DNA from: Chloroflexota bacterium
GTDB taxonomy: Bacteria; Chloroflexota; UBA11872
Reading direction: 5' to 3'
Length of the DNA: 64,000 nt
Assembly (NCBI GenBank): GCA_022824865.1
Contig: JAJDZD010000053.1
Span: forward strand, 1,462 to 65,461
Below are positions 19,682 to 30,446 of this stretch, in pieces. The translations under genes were made by a program, and so were the position numbers. The notes under the pieces were generated by a model. The model did not search any database, was not told the origin of the DNA, and saw only the letters and a list, made by a program, of their open reading frames with translations. Position 1 is the first letter of the stretch; each line of letters opens with the position of its first letter.

Positions 19682-20160
19682 CCGACCAAAGCGGCCAGCG
19701 CCGCGGTCGCTCGCGAGGACTCAATCGCGTGCAGATCATCGGCAACCTGGGGCGCGATCCGGAGATGCGCTTCACCCAGGGTGGCACGCCCGTCACCAAC
19801 TTTTCCGTCGCTGTCAGCCGCAGTTGGCAATCGCGTGACGGCGAGATGCGCGAAGAAACGGAATGGTTCCGTGTTGTCGCCTGGACTCGTCTGGCCGAGA
19901 TTGCCAACGAATACCTGCGCCGTGGTTCCAAGGTCTATGTCGAAGGCCGCTTGGCCACCCGCACGTGGCAGGACCGCGAAGGCAACGAGCGCACAACGAC
20001 GGAACTCGTTGCCCAGGAGATGATCATGTTGGGTGGGCGTGAAGAAGGCCCACGGCGCGACGACTACGATGGCCAGCGCGGCGGCTATGCTGGTGGCCAG
20101 CCTGCCGGACGCTCGGCGGATCAGGACGACGAAATCAGCCCCGACGACCTGCCGTTCTGA
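19678..20160 (+). CDS. ssb: single-stranded DNA-binding protein
   Basis: [17 protein letters not shown] fold; C-terminal DDLPF. Confidence 0.97.
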   Translation: MTDQSGQRRGRSRGLNRVQIIGNLGRDPEMRFTQGGTPVTNFSVAVSRSWQSRDGEMREETEWFRVVAWTRLAEIANEYLRRGSKVYVEGRLATRTWQDREGNERTTTELVAQEMIMLGGREEGPRRDDYDGQRGGYAGGQPAGRSADQDDEISPDDLPF

Positions 20161-20186
20161 CGGCGTGTGAAACAGGAACAGGTTTG

Positions 20187-20576
20187 ATGACCCAGGACGG
20201 CCAGACAACGCAGGAAACGACCACAGAGGAACCACGTGGCGGCGCGTCGGGAGACGGCCCGCGCGGAGGCGGCCCCCGTGGTGGAGGCGGCCCTCGCGGC
20301 GGCGGTGGCCCCCGAGGCGGCGGCGGACGTGGTCGCGGCCGCGGGCGTGGGCGCGGCTTCCGGCGTCGCGGCGACTACTTCAAGCAGACCGGCGAGCCCA
20401 TCGACTACAAGAACTCCCAACTGCTGCGTCGCTTCATCGCCGACAGCGGCCGCATTGAGTCACGCCGCAAGACCGGGATAACAGCCAAGAACCAGCGCAA
20501 GCTGGCGATTGCCATCAAGCGCGCCCGCTACCTGGGGCTCCTGCCCTACATCGTGCGGCGCCGCCTCCGCGGCTAG
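20187..20576 (+). CDS. rpsR: 30S ribosomal protein S18 with Gly/Arg-rich N-terminal extension
   Basis: IDYKN..LLRRFI..SGRI..RRKTG...[21 protein letters not shown]. Confidence 0.95.
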   Translation: MTQDGQTTQETTTEEPRGGASGDGPRGGGPRGGGGPRGGGGPRGGGGRGRGRGRGRGFRRRGDYFKQTGEPIDYKNSQLLRRFIADSGRIESRRKTGITAKNQRKLAIAIKRARYLGLLPYIVRRRLRG

Positions 20577-20594
20577 CCTCAGGCCGCCGCGCGG

Positions 20595-21701
20595 ATGTCC
20601 CCGCGCACCAGGGCCCAGCGCCGTCGTGCCCAACGCGACCGCCGGCGTGCCGCGCGCAAACCCGTCCAGGCCCACGTCCGCTGGCGGGACGTCCCAAACT
20701 CGGTCCGCGACTGGAGCGAACTGACCCGCGCCCAACGTACCGCCGCGACAGCCAAGATCGTGGCCGTTGCCGCCACCCTCATCCTCTCGGTCGTAAGTGC
20801 CCTGATCGGCGTCGCACTCTACGGCGAACTCGTCGTGCGGCCCGCGGAGCCGGTCTCCACGGTCAACGGCGAACCGATTCCCGCATCGCGCTACGCCGAC
20901 TTTATGGCCCTGCGCCGGTTCGAACTAAGTCGCGAGCTTGCTGACGCACCAACCTCCACCGATCCCCGCGACCCCAGTCACCCCCAGGCCCAACTCTCCA
21001 CCCTCACCATCAGCGCCGTAACCGAACTCACGAACGCGCAACTCATGCGTGCCGAAGCGGCGGCCCTGGGCGTGCGGATCGATGAGCATGCGGTCAATGT
21101 GGCGCTATACGACTTCGTCAGCGGTCCTGGCGAGATCGCCGACGACTTCGACTACAGCACCGCGTTTGCCGAAATCCGCGATCAAACCCAGCTTGACTCC
21201 CGCACCATTCGCAGCGTCATCGCCGACCGCGCGCTGGCAGACGCCGTGGCCGACCATCTGGCCGCCGGTCTGGACCCCGCGCCCGAGCAGATTCGCGCCT
21301 CGCAGATTGTCGTCCCCACTGAGGAAGCCGCCGAGACCGTGATCGCGCGGTTGGACGCATATCAGCCGTTCGAGCTTGTCGCTGAACAGGTATCCACCGA
21401 CGCTAACAGCGCCCCCGACGGCGGCGAACTTGGCTGGCTGCCCCGCGGCCTGATGCCGGACGCCTGGGACGAGGCCGCCTTCGCCCTTCGACCGGGGGGG
21501 CGCAGCCAACCCATCTCCACCCCACAGGGCTGGCATGTGATTCTCGTCCACGAGCAGTCCGAATCGCGCCAACTCGATCCCGAAGCCGCCGAGAGCCGCC
21601 GCCAGATCACCTACGACAACTGGCTCCAAACCCTGCGCACCGCCGCCGATGTCGAATTCCTCCTGACGCCCGAAATCATCGACTGGGCCACTCGGCGCTA
21701 G
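20595..21701 (+). CDS. membrane-anchored parvulin-type peptidylprolyl isomerase (PrsA/SurA-like)
   Basis: TM helix, TVNGEPI, IRASQIVV, S.D..SA..GGELGW, GWHVI. Confidence 0.85.
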   Translation: MSPRTRAQRRRAQRDRRRAARKPVQAHVRWRDVPNSVRDWSELTRAQRTAATAKIVAVAATLILSVVSALIGVALYGELVVRPAEPVSTVNGEPIPASRYADFMALRRFELSRELADAPTSTDPRDPSHPQAQLSTLTISAVTELTNAQLMRAEAAALGVRIDEHAVNVALYDFVSGPGEIADDFDYSTAFAEIRDQTQLDSRTIRSVIADRALADAVADHLAAGLDPAPEQIRASQIVVPTEEAAETVIARLDAYQPFELVAEQVSTDANSAPDGGELGWLPRGLMPDAWDEAAFALRPGGRSQPISTPQGWHVILVHEQSESRQLDPEAAESRRQITYDNWLQTLRTAADVEFLLTPEIIDWATRR

Positions 21702-21716
21702 GCGTCTGGCTCAGTA

Positions 21717-21877
21717 GAGACCTTTGCGCAACCCGAGAAGCGGGTGTGCGATGTCAATCTCCTCAAGCGGGCGCTGTTCTTTCCCCTCTCCCACGGGAGA
21801 GGAGACTTCTGGCGCCCGCGCCAGAAGGAAGGTGAGGGGTCTTCCGGGCACCCAGGCCCGGGTTACGCAAAGCTCTC
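21717..21877. mobile_element. MITE-like element copy 2
   Basis: GAGACCTTTGCGCAACCC...GGGTTACGCAAAGCTCTC flanked on both sides by TCAGTA; internal CCCCTCTCCCACGGGAGAGG hairpin. Confidence 0.8.
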
Positions 21878-21902
21878 TCAGTAGCCTCCACGTCCTGCGC
21901 GC

Positions 21903-23096
21903 CTACGAGCCCGCCGCAGCCGCCGGCGCGTCGACCGGCACGTCCCCCTTGCGGCGCACCAACGTGCTCAGAATCAGCGCCAGTACCGCCAGCCCGGCGC
22001 CGCCGATAAACGGCACCTGGTGCCCAAAGGCCTCCCACAGGATTCCGCCGGTCACTGGCAACGCCACCGCCGCCACGTGATTCATCGTTTGCCCCGCCAC
22101 CAGGCTCGGACGCAAATCGTCCGGCGTCACCAGGATTCGTCGCAGATACGTCGTAATGCCCACCTCCGCGCTGAAGAACAGGTGGTCAAGGATGTACAGC
22201 ACAAACAGCACGCCCAGCCACGGCACCACGGCGTAACCGACAAATATCGCCGCCAAAGCGCCAAACGCAATCACCAGGATCGGCCGCTCGCCCACCCGGT
22301 CGATCAATCGTCCGAACACATAGGCGCCGCCGATTGACACCATGCTGTTGATCAGCGCCAGGATCGTGATCGTCCGCACCGACACGCCGTAACTGTCAAC
22401 CAGCAGAAAGATCGCAAATGTCATGAAGATATGGCGCCGACCGCCATCCAGAAACGTCAACGCGTAGTACAGCCAGTAGCTCCGCCGCAAGACGATCCTG
22501 GGTGGCCGCCCGATCTTTCCCATCGAGCGCAGCTGCCACACCGCCAGCGCCGCCAGCGCCGCCACGCCGCCCGACAGCAGAAACAGCGGCCGGATGCCGG
22601 TCGCCAGCACCGTCACGGCCAGCAGTACCACCAGGATGCCAATCAGCTGCGCCCCCGCCATCAGCGACCGCAACTGCCCAAGCCGTCGCCCCTGCGTATC
22701 GACAGTACTCAGCCGCAACGCAATTGTGTTGGCCACCGGCCACCACAGGTGAAACCCGATGCTTTGCGTCAGCGAAAAGATGATCAACACCTCCATCGAA
22801 TCCACGTGAAAGTAGTTGACATAACCAATGCACAGCAGCAACAGCGCAGCGGCGCCCACCACCGGCTCGGCGATCGTCATCAACGCCGCGCCCATCACGA
22901 TCGTCAGCAAGCCGGGAACCTCGCGAATGGTCTCCAGCAGACCCAGCTCGCTGGGCCGGATCCCGATCTCCTCCACCAGGAAATTGGTGGACACGGTGAT
23001 GAAGATCGAAAAAGCCAAGCCGAATCCGAACGCGGCCGCGGCCAGCCAGGCGAACGGCGGAATGTCGCGCCCGCCGAAAACGTTCAGATGGCGCAC
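21903..23096 (-). CDS. MFS transporter
   Basis: About 12 TM; GRLIDRVGER MFS motif A. Confidence 0.88.
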   Translation of the reverse strand: MRHLNVFGGRDIPPFAWLAAAAFGFGLAFSIFITVSTNFLVEEIGIRPSELGLLETIREVPGLLTIVMGAALMTIAEPVVGAAALLLLCIGYVNYFHVDSMEVLIIFSLTQSIGFHLWWPVANTIALRLSTVDTQGRRLGQLRSLMAGAQLIGILVVLLAVTVLATGIRPLFLLSGGVAALAALAVWQLRSMGKIGRPPRIVLRRSYWLYYALTFLDGGRRHIFMTFAIFLLVDSYGVSVRTITILALINSMVSIGGAYVFGRLIDRVGERPILVIAFGALAAIFVGYAVVPWLGVLFVLYILDHLFFSAEVGITTYLRRILVTPDDLRPSLVAGQTMNHVAAVALPVTGGILWEAFGHQVPFIGGAGLAVLALILSTLVRRKGDVPVDAPAAAAGS

Positions 23097-23161
23097 GTCA
23101 GTGGTTGGGCGCTGCCAGTGGCATTCGTGCCGAAGCCGAAACGGGGCCTGGCGTCAGCGCC

Positions 23162-23377
23162 TCAGCGACGCAGCCGCCCTTTGCCGTCGCACTTCGGGCA
23201 CTTCCCGCTCAACTCGTGCCAACCGCCGGGCTTGGACGGATCCGGCCAGCGCTCATTGACCGCTCCGGTTCCCTCGCAGCGCGTGCAGATAGGTCCGGTC
23301 GGCGGCAGGATGCGCGGCAACAGCAACACCGCCGCCACCACCAGCGCCGTGAAGATGATCCACACTTCAAGTGGCAT
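23162..23377 (-). CDS. small membrane protein with DnaJ-type zinc finger half-sites
   Basis: N-terminal TM, CTRCEGTG...CPKCDGKG; GGAGG-like element upstream; lies just upstream of the MFS gene. Confidence 0.7.
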   Translation of the reverse strand: MPLEVWIIFTALVVAAVLLLPRILPPTGPICTRCEGTGAVNERWPDPSKPGGWHELSGKCPKCDGKGRLRR

Positions 23378-23506
23378 ACCGACCTCTGCGCTTCGGCGCC
23401 CCTCGCTCGCCCCGCCAGTATAGGCAGCCGCCCCTCGCGGCCACCGGTCGGTTGTCCGAATCTCCGGCCGAATCCTAGAATCGGCCATCACTTGAGGAGC
23501 GCACGT

Positions 23507-26500
23507 TTGGCCGGATTCGCCCACCTCCACGTCCACAGCGAATTCAGCCTGCTCGACGGCTTCTGCCGAATCCCGGACCTCATCGAGCGCACTGCCGCGC
23601 TCGGCATGGACTCGGTCGCGATCACCGACCACGGCGCCATGTACGCCGCCGCCGACTTCTACCTGGCGGCCCGCGAGAAGGGCGTCCGCCCCATCATCGG
23701 CTGCGAGGTATACGTCGCTCCGCGCTCCCACACCGACCGCGACCCCGCGCTGGACCGCCGCTCCTTCCACCTCACCCTGCTTGCTCGCAACCTCACCGGC
23801 TATCGCAACCTGGTGCGCCTGGTCTCGCGTGCCAGCCTGCACGGCTTCTACTACAAGCCGCGCGTGGACCGTGAACTCCTGGCGGCCCACGCCGAGGGCC
23901 TGATCTGCCTCTCCGGCTGCCCGTCGAGCGAACTGTCGCGTGCGGTCTCCTCCGGCAACCTGGCCCGCGCCGAAGAGGTGGCCCGCTGGCACGCCGACAC
24001 GTTCGGTCCGGAGAACTACTACCTCGAGATCCAGCGCCCGGGACTGCCCGACCAGGAACCCTTGGCGCAGGGGATCATCGAGTTGGCTGGCGGCCTGGGC
24101 CTACCGCTGGTCGCCTCCAACGACGTCCACTACCTCACGCCCGACGACAAGGACGCCCACGACATCCTGCTCTGCATTCAGACGGGCAGCTTGGTGGCCG
24201 ACACCGACCGCATGCGCATGGAAGGCGAGTGGCACCTCAAGTCACCCGAGGAGATGGCCCAGGCTTTCGACGATCAACCTGACGCCCTGGCCAATACCGT
24301 GACCATTGCCGAGCGCTGCGATCTCGACCTCCCCTTCGGTCGGATCGCCATGCCCTCGGTCGAAGTCCCGAATGGACACACGGTCAAATCACACCTCGCC
24401 GAACTGGCCACCCAGGGCTTGGCCCGTCGCATCCCGAATGCCGACGCCAGGTACCACGAACGCCTGGCCTACGAACTCGACGTCATCGACCAGACCGACT
24501 TTGGCGAGTACCTGCTGCTGGTGCGCGAAATCTTCGCCTTCGCACGAGACCAGGGCATGTTGACCGCTCCGCGCGGCTCCGTGAATGGCAGCCTGGTCGC
24601 CTTCGCCACCGATATGTCGGATATCGACCCGGTCAAGCACGACATCATCTTCGAGCGGTTCCTCACCATCGGCCGCAAGGGCTCCATGCCCGACGTGGAC
24701 ATGGACTTCCCAAGCGACCGGCGCGACGAAGTCATCGAATACATGATCCGGCGCTTCGGCTCGGACCACGTGGCCCAGATCGTCACCTTCGGAACACTGG
24801 CCGCCCGCGCCGCCGTACGCGATGTGGGCCGCGTCCTCGGCATGGAATACGGCCTGACCGACCGCGTGGCCAAGCTCATTCCGGTCAATCCCGTCGACCC
24901 CTACACCATCGGCCGTTCGCTGGACGAGGTCGAAGAGCTCAAGAGCCTCTACCAGCAGGACGACGCCGTCCGCCGGCTGCTGGACTCGGCGCGCCGGATC
25001 GAAGGCGTGGCCCGTCACGCGTCCACCCACGCGGCCGGGCTTGTGGTGTCGCGGGATCCCCTGCAGGAACACGTGCCGCTCACGCGCTCCGCCGAAGGCC
25101 GGCCGGTCGCGCAGTTCACCTTCCAGACCATAGAGAAAATCGGCCTGCTGCAACTGGACGTGCTGGGTCTTTCGAACTTCCGCACCATCCAGCACGCCCT
25201 GCGGCTGGTGGAGCAGGCCACCGGCCGGGCGCTGGCGCCCCAGGACATCCCGTTGGACGACGACAAGGCCTTCGCCCTGCTGCGGCGCGGCCGCACGATT
25301 GGCGTCTTCCAGATGGAGGGCGCCGGAATGACGCGCACGCTGCGCGAACTTGCGCCCACCAGCATCGGCGAAGTAGCCGCCATCATCGCGCTCTACCGCC
25401 CGGGGCCGATGGCCAACATCCCCACCTACATCGACCGCAAGCACGGCCGCTCCGCCCCCGAATACCTCCACGAACGACTCGAGCCGATCCTCCGCGAAAC
25501 CTACGGTGTGCTCGTCTACGCCGACCAGGTGCTCATGATCGCCCGTCACCTGGCCGGCTATTCCTGGGACGAAGCCGACAACTTCCGCCGGGCCGTCGGC
25601 AAGAAGATCCGTGAAGCCTTGCAAAGCGAACACGAGAAATTCGTGGCGCGGAGCGTGCAGGAAGGGATTCCGAACAAAGTCGCCGAGGAGATCTTCGCGC
25701 TGATCGAGCCGTTCGCCGGCTACGGATTCAACAAGGCCCACGCCGTCTCGTACGCCGTCATCGCCTACTGGACCGCCTGGCTCAAGGCTCACTACCCGGT
25801 GCAGTTCCTCACGGCGCTGCTGGACACCGACGCCGGCGACGTTGGCAAGGTCGCCAGCACGCGCCTGGAGGCCGAACTGCTCGGCGTCAACGTCCTGCCG
25901 CCCAACATCAACCAGAGCGGCGTGACGTTCGAGCCAAGCGGCGACTCGATCGTGTTTGGGCTGGCGGCCGTCAAGAACGTGGGTGAAGCCGCCGTCGAAG
26001 CCATCGCGGCGGCGCGGCAGGAGGAGGGCCCATTCAGTTCACTGGCCGACGCCTGCGAGCGCGTCGATCTGCGCCGAGCCCCCAAACGCGCCTGGGAGTC
26101 GCTGATCAAGGTCGGCGCCCTGGATGAACTTGGTGAACGCCAGGCCATGCTGGAAGCGCTTGAACCCGCCATGAAGCGTGGTCAACGCACTCAGACGGAC
26201 CGGGCCGCAGGGCAGACGACCATGTTTGGCATCGGGCTGCTGCCGGAATCGACTGAGCCGGCGCTGGAACTTCCCGACGTGCCGGCGGCCGCCGAGGCCG
26301 AGCGCCGCCGCTGGGAGAAGGAACTGCTGGGTCTGTACGTAACGCCCAGCCCCCTCTCCGACCCGGCCATCGGCGAGCAACTCGCCGCCAACGTCGACGC
26401 CCGCATCTACGAGTTGGAGGACACCCATCACGGCCAGACGATGACGATCGGCGGGATCGTCTCCAATCTGCGCTCCTTCATGACCCGCAAGGGTCAGATG

Positions 26501-27391
26501 ATGGGCGCGGTCACCCTGGAGGATCTGCCGGGCGCCATCGAGGTGATCTGCTTCCCCCGCATCTGGCAGCGCATTTCGCCAGAACTCAGTAACGACAGCG
26601 TGGTTCTGGCTACTGGACGTATTGAGGGCGACGATGCCTCCCCCAGGATGCTGGCTGACAACTTGTTCCCGTTGTCGGCCGCCTCATCGAATGGCGAGGC
26701 GGCGGCACCGATGCCCGGCGACACCCAGGCCTTGACCGGACAGCCCAATAACGAAGACGGCCCGCCGATGCCCGGCGAAGACGAATCGTCAACCGATTTC
26801 TATATCCCGGAACCTGTACCTGAACCCGAGGACGTTCTCGCGGCCGACGATGACGCGCCGTCTCCCACGACCGGCGCGTCTGAAGTTTCCGCTGAATACG
26901 AGCCGGAAGCGCCGCCCGACCAGAACGGCGTCGAGCCCGCGACCACAGCCGCTAACGGGTCCAGTTCACCTGCCCCAGCCGACCCACCGGAACAGCCCAC
27001 GCCCAGCGGCACCGCGAACGGAACGGATAGCGTCGTCGCGCCCAGCGCACCCGGCGACGGTCCGCGCGGCCCATCCAACGGAACAGCGAACGGCGCGCCA
27101 CCGGAGCAAGAAGCTGACGAGCCTGTTCCTGCGGCGCCCGCCGCCCCGCCCCCCTCGCTCGTGATCGTCACGCTCCGCCGCAGCCCCGACCCCAGCTTCG
27201 ATCTCGACCTGCTCAAGCGCCTGAACGCCGCCGTCACCTCAAACGAAGGCCCAACGCCCCTGCAGCTCAACATCGTCAAAACCGACGGCTCCACGGCCCG
27301 CCTCCGCTGGCCCAATACCGTCCAGCCCGACGAATCACTCCTCGGCGAACTCGGCGCCCAATTCGGCAAGGACAGCGTCGCCGTTACGTAA
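23507..27391 (+). CDS. dnaE: DNA polymerase III alpha subunit
   Basis: GAGGAG RBS + TTG; HLHVHSEFSLLDG PHP domain, RGS, PDVDMDF, GYGFNKAHA, OB fold. Confidence 0.97.
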   Translation: MAGFAHLHVHSEFSLLDGFCRIPDLIERTAALGMDSVAITDHGAMYAAADFYLAAREKGVRPIIGCEVYVAPRSHTDRDPALDRRSFHLTLLARNLTGYRNLVRLVSRASLHGFYYKPRVDRELLAAHAEGLICLSGCPSSELSRAVSSGNLARAEEVARWHADTFGPENYYLEIQRPGLPDQEPLAQGIIELAGGLGLPLVASNDVHYLTPDDKDAHDILLCIQTGSLVADTDRMRMEGEWHLKSPEEMAQAFDDQPDALANTVTIAERCDLDLPFGRIAMPSVEVPNGHTVKSHLAELATQGLARRIPNADARYHERLAYELDVIDQTDFGEYLLLVREIFAFARDQGMLTAPRGSVNGSLVAFATDMSDIDPVKHDIIFERFLTIGRKGSMPDVDMDFPSDRRDEVIEYMIRRFGSDHVAQIVTFGTLAARAAVRDVGRVLGMEYGLTDRVAKLIPVNPVDPYTIGRSLDEVEELKSLYQQDDAVRRLLDSARRIEGVARHASTHAAGLVVSRDPLQEHVPLTRSAEGRPVAQFTFQTIEKIGLLQLDVLGLSNFRTIQHALRLVEQATGRALAPQDIPLDDDKAFALLRRGRTIGVFQMEGAGMTRTLRELAPTSIGEVAAIIALYRPGPMANIPTYIDRKHGRSAPEYLHERLEPILRETYGVLVYADQVLMIARHLAGYSWDEADNFRRAVGKKIREALQSEHEKFVARSVQEGIPNKVAEEIFALIEPFAGYGFNKAHAVSYAVIAYWTAWLKAHYPVQFLTALLDTDAGDVGKVASTRLEAELLGVNVLPPNINQSGVTFEPSGDSIVFGLAAVKNVGEAAVEAIAAARQEEGPFSSLADACERVDLRRAPKRAWESLIKVGALDELGERQAMLEALEPAMKRGQRTQTDRAAGQTTMFGIGLLPESTEPALELPDVPAAAEAERRRWEKELLGLYVTPSPLSDPAIGEQLAANVDARIYELEDTHHGQTMTIGGIVSNLRSFMTRKGQMMGAVTLEDLPGAIEVICFPRIWQRISPELSNDSVVLATGRIEGDDASPRMLADNLFPLSAASSNGEAAAPMPGDTQALTGQPNNEDGPPMPGEDESSTDFYIPEPVPEPEDVLAADDDAPSPTTGASEVSAEYEPEAPPDQNGVEPATTAANGSSSPAPADPPEQPTPSGTANGTDSVVAPSAPGDGPRGPSNGTANGAPPEQEADEPVPAAPAAPPPSLVIVTLRRSPDPSFDLDLLKRLNAAVTSNEGPTPLQLNIVKTDGSTARLRWPNTVQPDESLLGELGAQFGKDSVAVT

Positions 27392-27444
27392 TAGAGGGCG
27401 CTGCAGCAAGGAGCGACGGAAGGTTGGCTATCGGGGACTAGCGG

Positions 27445-28265
27445 TCAGTTGCGTGTACTCCACAGAGCGCGACACCCCTCGGTAAATCCCTTGCGTGCCC
27501 GCCGCACGGCGTCATCGCTTGGTGGATTCCATTTCGAGGCCATGGCTTCGACACGCCTCACAAGTTCAGCGTCGAGTGCTCGCGGCGTCCACCTGAAGCG
27601 GATGACCGATCGCAAAACCACCTGTCGCTCGAATCCCGGAAGGACAGCGACATACCTAAGCGCAAACTGCCGGCCATACTCATAGGGGTCGTCGGCTGAG
27701 ATTTCTATGGTGGCGAGGGGCGGCTTTGAGAATGGCGTCCAGAAGTGAGGGCGCAATACCTCTTGGTCAATTAACAGAAGCTGATCCGCCTCCATGACGA
27801 GCAGATCTGACAAATTAGAGCCCATCACCGGTTCAAACCCCAGCAAGACGACCTCAATCCCAAGATCCTGAGCCTCCCGGACCCCTTCGCGCAGGTCCTC
27901 GTCGCCACCTAGCAGAAACGCGGTCGAGATCGCTCCGCGTCCTGCCAGGACCATAAGGTCGCGAACGATCAGCGAATCGACTCCCTTCTGCTGCCCCGCG
28001 ACCAGCCGCCCCATTCGAAGCTTTACGCGAGGAAGAAAGCCGATGGCCTCGTGGTCCGCTGTGTTTCGCTCAGCGCCGTCGTACCAGTACGTCCGTAGCC
28101 AGGATCCGTGACCGCCCAATACGCGCTCATTGCAGAACCGCGACAGCGCTGGAACTAAGGCCTCGGCATCAAGAAACTGCGATGTTCGGTCGCCGACGCC
28201 GAGACAGGTGAGGCCGCCCTGTAGAGATATCCCGCATCCACGAACACGCAGTAGCGGCCGACCAT
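27445..28265 (-). pseudogene. NYN-domain (LabA/DUF88, PIN-like) protein with frameshift near the 5' end
   Basis: MVGRYCVFVDAGYLY in one frame from ATG 28265; LRTYWYDG, QQKGVD, GGDEDL in another frame. Confidence 0.7.
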
Positions 28266-28430
28266 GAACCCCAAGAAAAAGGGGCTCCAGCAGGAGCCCC
28301 AAATCTGCCCCTCGATCGGGACTGAACCAACAACCCCTCAACCGGGGTGGATATATTGTCTGACGCGAATCAACTCGCGGCAAAGACCTGCAAAGTGAGA
28401 CTGAGCGCCTAGCGGCTATGCCTGCGGCTG

Positions 28431-29375
28431 CTAGAACCAGTCGTTCGGAAACTCCACCGGCGACACGATGTCTCGGAAGTTGCTGAACTCCTCCGCCACG
28501 CGCAGCGCTGCCACGTCAGCGTGCAGTTCCTCAATCGTCGTCGGCCCAATCACGTTGACGTCGATGTCCGGACAGGCCAGCGAATAGGCCAGGGCTGCCG
28601 TCTGCAGGGTCAGACTATGAGCTTGGGCCCGCTCTTCCATGTCGCGAACTTCGTTCAGCACCTCGGGCGAGGCCTCGCGGTAGCTGTAACGTGCGCCCTG
28701 CACCGCGCCGGTGCCGAGGATGTTCCCTCCAAACGGGCTGATGTTGATGACGCCCAGGTTGTACTGCCGCGCGTGCGGGTGAATACGCCGCGCCGCGTCC
28801 TGGTTGAGCAGGGTGTAATGGTGGTACGAGCCGATGATGTCGAATTCGCCGCTCTCGGCCGCCATGGCGGCGAAGTCCGCGTTCCCCACCGCCGTGCCGA
28901 TCGCGCCCACCAATCCCTCGGCCTGCAGGCGCCGCAACGCGGCCAGCATGCCGTTCGGGGCCATGATTTGGTCCCAGTGATCGGGCCGGGCGTCATGCAC
29001 CTTGAGCACCGGCAGATGCTCCAGCCCCAACTCCTCCAGGCTGTCATGCACGCTCCGCACCGCGCGGTCGGGACCGAAGTCGTACTCAATCCCGTCGTCA
29101 CCCATGTACCGCCCGATCTTGGTGACGATCAGCAAATCGTCCGGCGGATCGGACTCCTTGAGCCGTTCCACCAGCCATCCCTGTGCATACGAAGGTGCGG
29201 TATCCACGTGCCGGATGCCCAGTCGGAAGGCTTCGCGCAACAACTCGACGTACGCCTCGTCGCCCACCCTGCCGATCCAGTTGGCCGAACCGAGCGCCAA
29301 CTTCGTGGACCGCACGCCTGAGCGCCCCAGTGTCACGGGCGGAACCTGCGGAAGGTCGGATGCCATAGCAGTCAT
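28431..29375 (-). CDS. aldo/keto reductase
   Basis: GIRHVDTAPSY, TKIGR, SLEELG...VHD. Confidence 0.9.
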   Translation of the reverse strand: MTAMASDLPQVPPVTLGRSGVRSTKLALGSANWIGRVGDEAYVELLREAFRLGIRHVDTAPSYAQGWLVERLKESDPPDDLLIVTKIGRYMGDDGIEYDFGPDRAVRSVHDSLEELGLEHLPVLKVHDARPDHWDQIMAPNGMLAALRRLQAEGLVGAIGTAVGNADFAAMAAESGEFDIIGSYHHYTLLNQDAARRIHPHARQYNLGVINISPFGGNILGTGAVQGARYSYREASPEVLNEVRDMEERAQAHSLTLQTAALAYSLACPDIDVNVIGPTTIEELHADVAALRVAEEFSNFRDIVSPVEFPNDWF

Positions 29376-29514
29376 CCTCCAGCGCTAGCGCCGGTCTCAT
29401 CGTGCGCCTGCGCCAGATTTGCCGCAACCCGCGACCCTCCCGAAGGGCCGGCAGCCGACCTGCGAATCGGGCAATATCAGTTCCAGCTACACCCCGACCC
29501 TTGGAGCCCGCGCC

Positions 29515-30432
29515 GTGGCCGAACCGATTCCGCACTTCGACGTCGAGCTTGAGGACGTATCCGGACGCCTCTCTGAACTGGTCGAACCCGGCGCCAACCT
29601 GGAACGCATCGCCGGCGGCCTCGGCTTTACCGAAGGCCCGGTCTGGCGCGGCGACCACCTGCTCTTCAGCGATATCCCCAACGACCGCATCTGCCGCTGG
29701 CGCCAATTGCCAGAAGGTCCCGAACTCACCACCTTCCGCGCCTTCAACGGCTCCACCAACGGTCTCACCCTGGACCGCGAGGGACGCCTCCTCGGCTGCA
29801 CCCACGGCGCGCGCGCCGTGCTGCGGTTCGACCAGAACAACCAGCCCACACCCATCGCCACCCACTTCAACGGCGGACGCCTCAACAGCCCCAACGACAT
29901 CGTCGTAAAGCGCAACGGCGACATCTACTTCACCGACCCGCCCTACGGGATCGTCGACCTGCCGCCCGAAGTCCAGGAACAGCCGCTCTGCGGCGTCTAC
30001 CGCTTGGACGCGGGTGGCCAACTCACCCTCGCCACCGACCGCTTCATCCGGCCCAATGGCCTCGCCTTCTCACCGGACGAACAGACGCTGTACATCGGCG
30101 ACTCCGGCGGCCCGCGCGATATCTGGGCCTTTGACGTAACCGACGACGGCACGCTGGCCAACCCGCGCCAGTTCGTCGACATGGACTCCTATCCCCAACC
30201 CAACAACCCCGACGGCATGAAGTGCGACACGAACGGCCGCCTCTGGTCCACCGGACCCGGCAACGCCGTGTGGGTGATCGAGCCCGACGGAACCGTGGTG
30301 GGCCTGATCAAGTTCCCCGAACAACCCGCAAACCTCGCCTGGGGCGGCCCCAGCTGGTCCACCCTCTTCGTCACCGCCCGCGGCAGCGTCTACCGCGTGG
30401 AAACGAACTGCACCGGCGTCCGGGTGCCCTAG
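29515..30432 (+). CDS. SMP-30/gluconolactonase family protein
   Basis: FTEGPVW, LFSDIP, NSPND, FTDPPYG, PNGLAFSPDE, PDGMKCD. Confidence 0.93.
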   Translation: MAEPIPHFDVELEDVSGRLSELVEPGANLERIAGGLGFTEGPVWRGDHLLFSDIPNDRICRWRQLPEGPELTTFRAFNGSTNGLTLDREGRLLGCTHGARAVLRFDQNNQPTPIATHFNGGRLNSPNDIVVKRNGDIYFTDPPYGIVDLPPEVQEQPLCGVYRLDAGGQLTLATDRFIRPNGLAFSPDEQTLYIGDSGGPRDIWAFDVTDDGTLANPRQFVDMDSYPQPNNPDGMKCDTNGRLWSTGPGNAVWVIEPDGTVVGLIKFPEQPANLAWGGPSWSTLFVTARGSVYRVETNCTGVRVP

Positions 30433-30446
30433 CGCGTCCGGTTGTT

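Noticed and set aside
23105-23506. N-terminal extension of DnaE in the ORF track
   Set aside because: PHP domain starts at TTG 23507 with a good RBS; the upstream region holds an opposite-strand gene
26680-27155. Intein in dnaE
   Set aside because: No C/S...HN splice motifs or LAGLIDADG; just low-complexity linker
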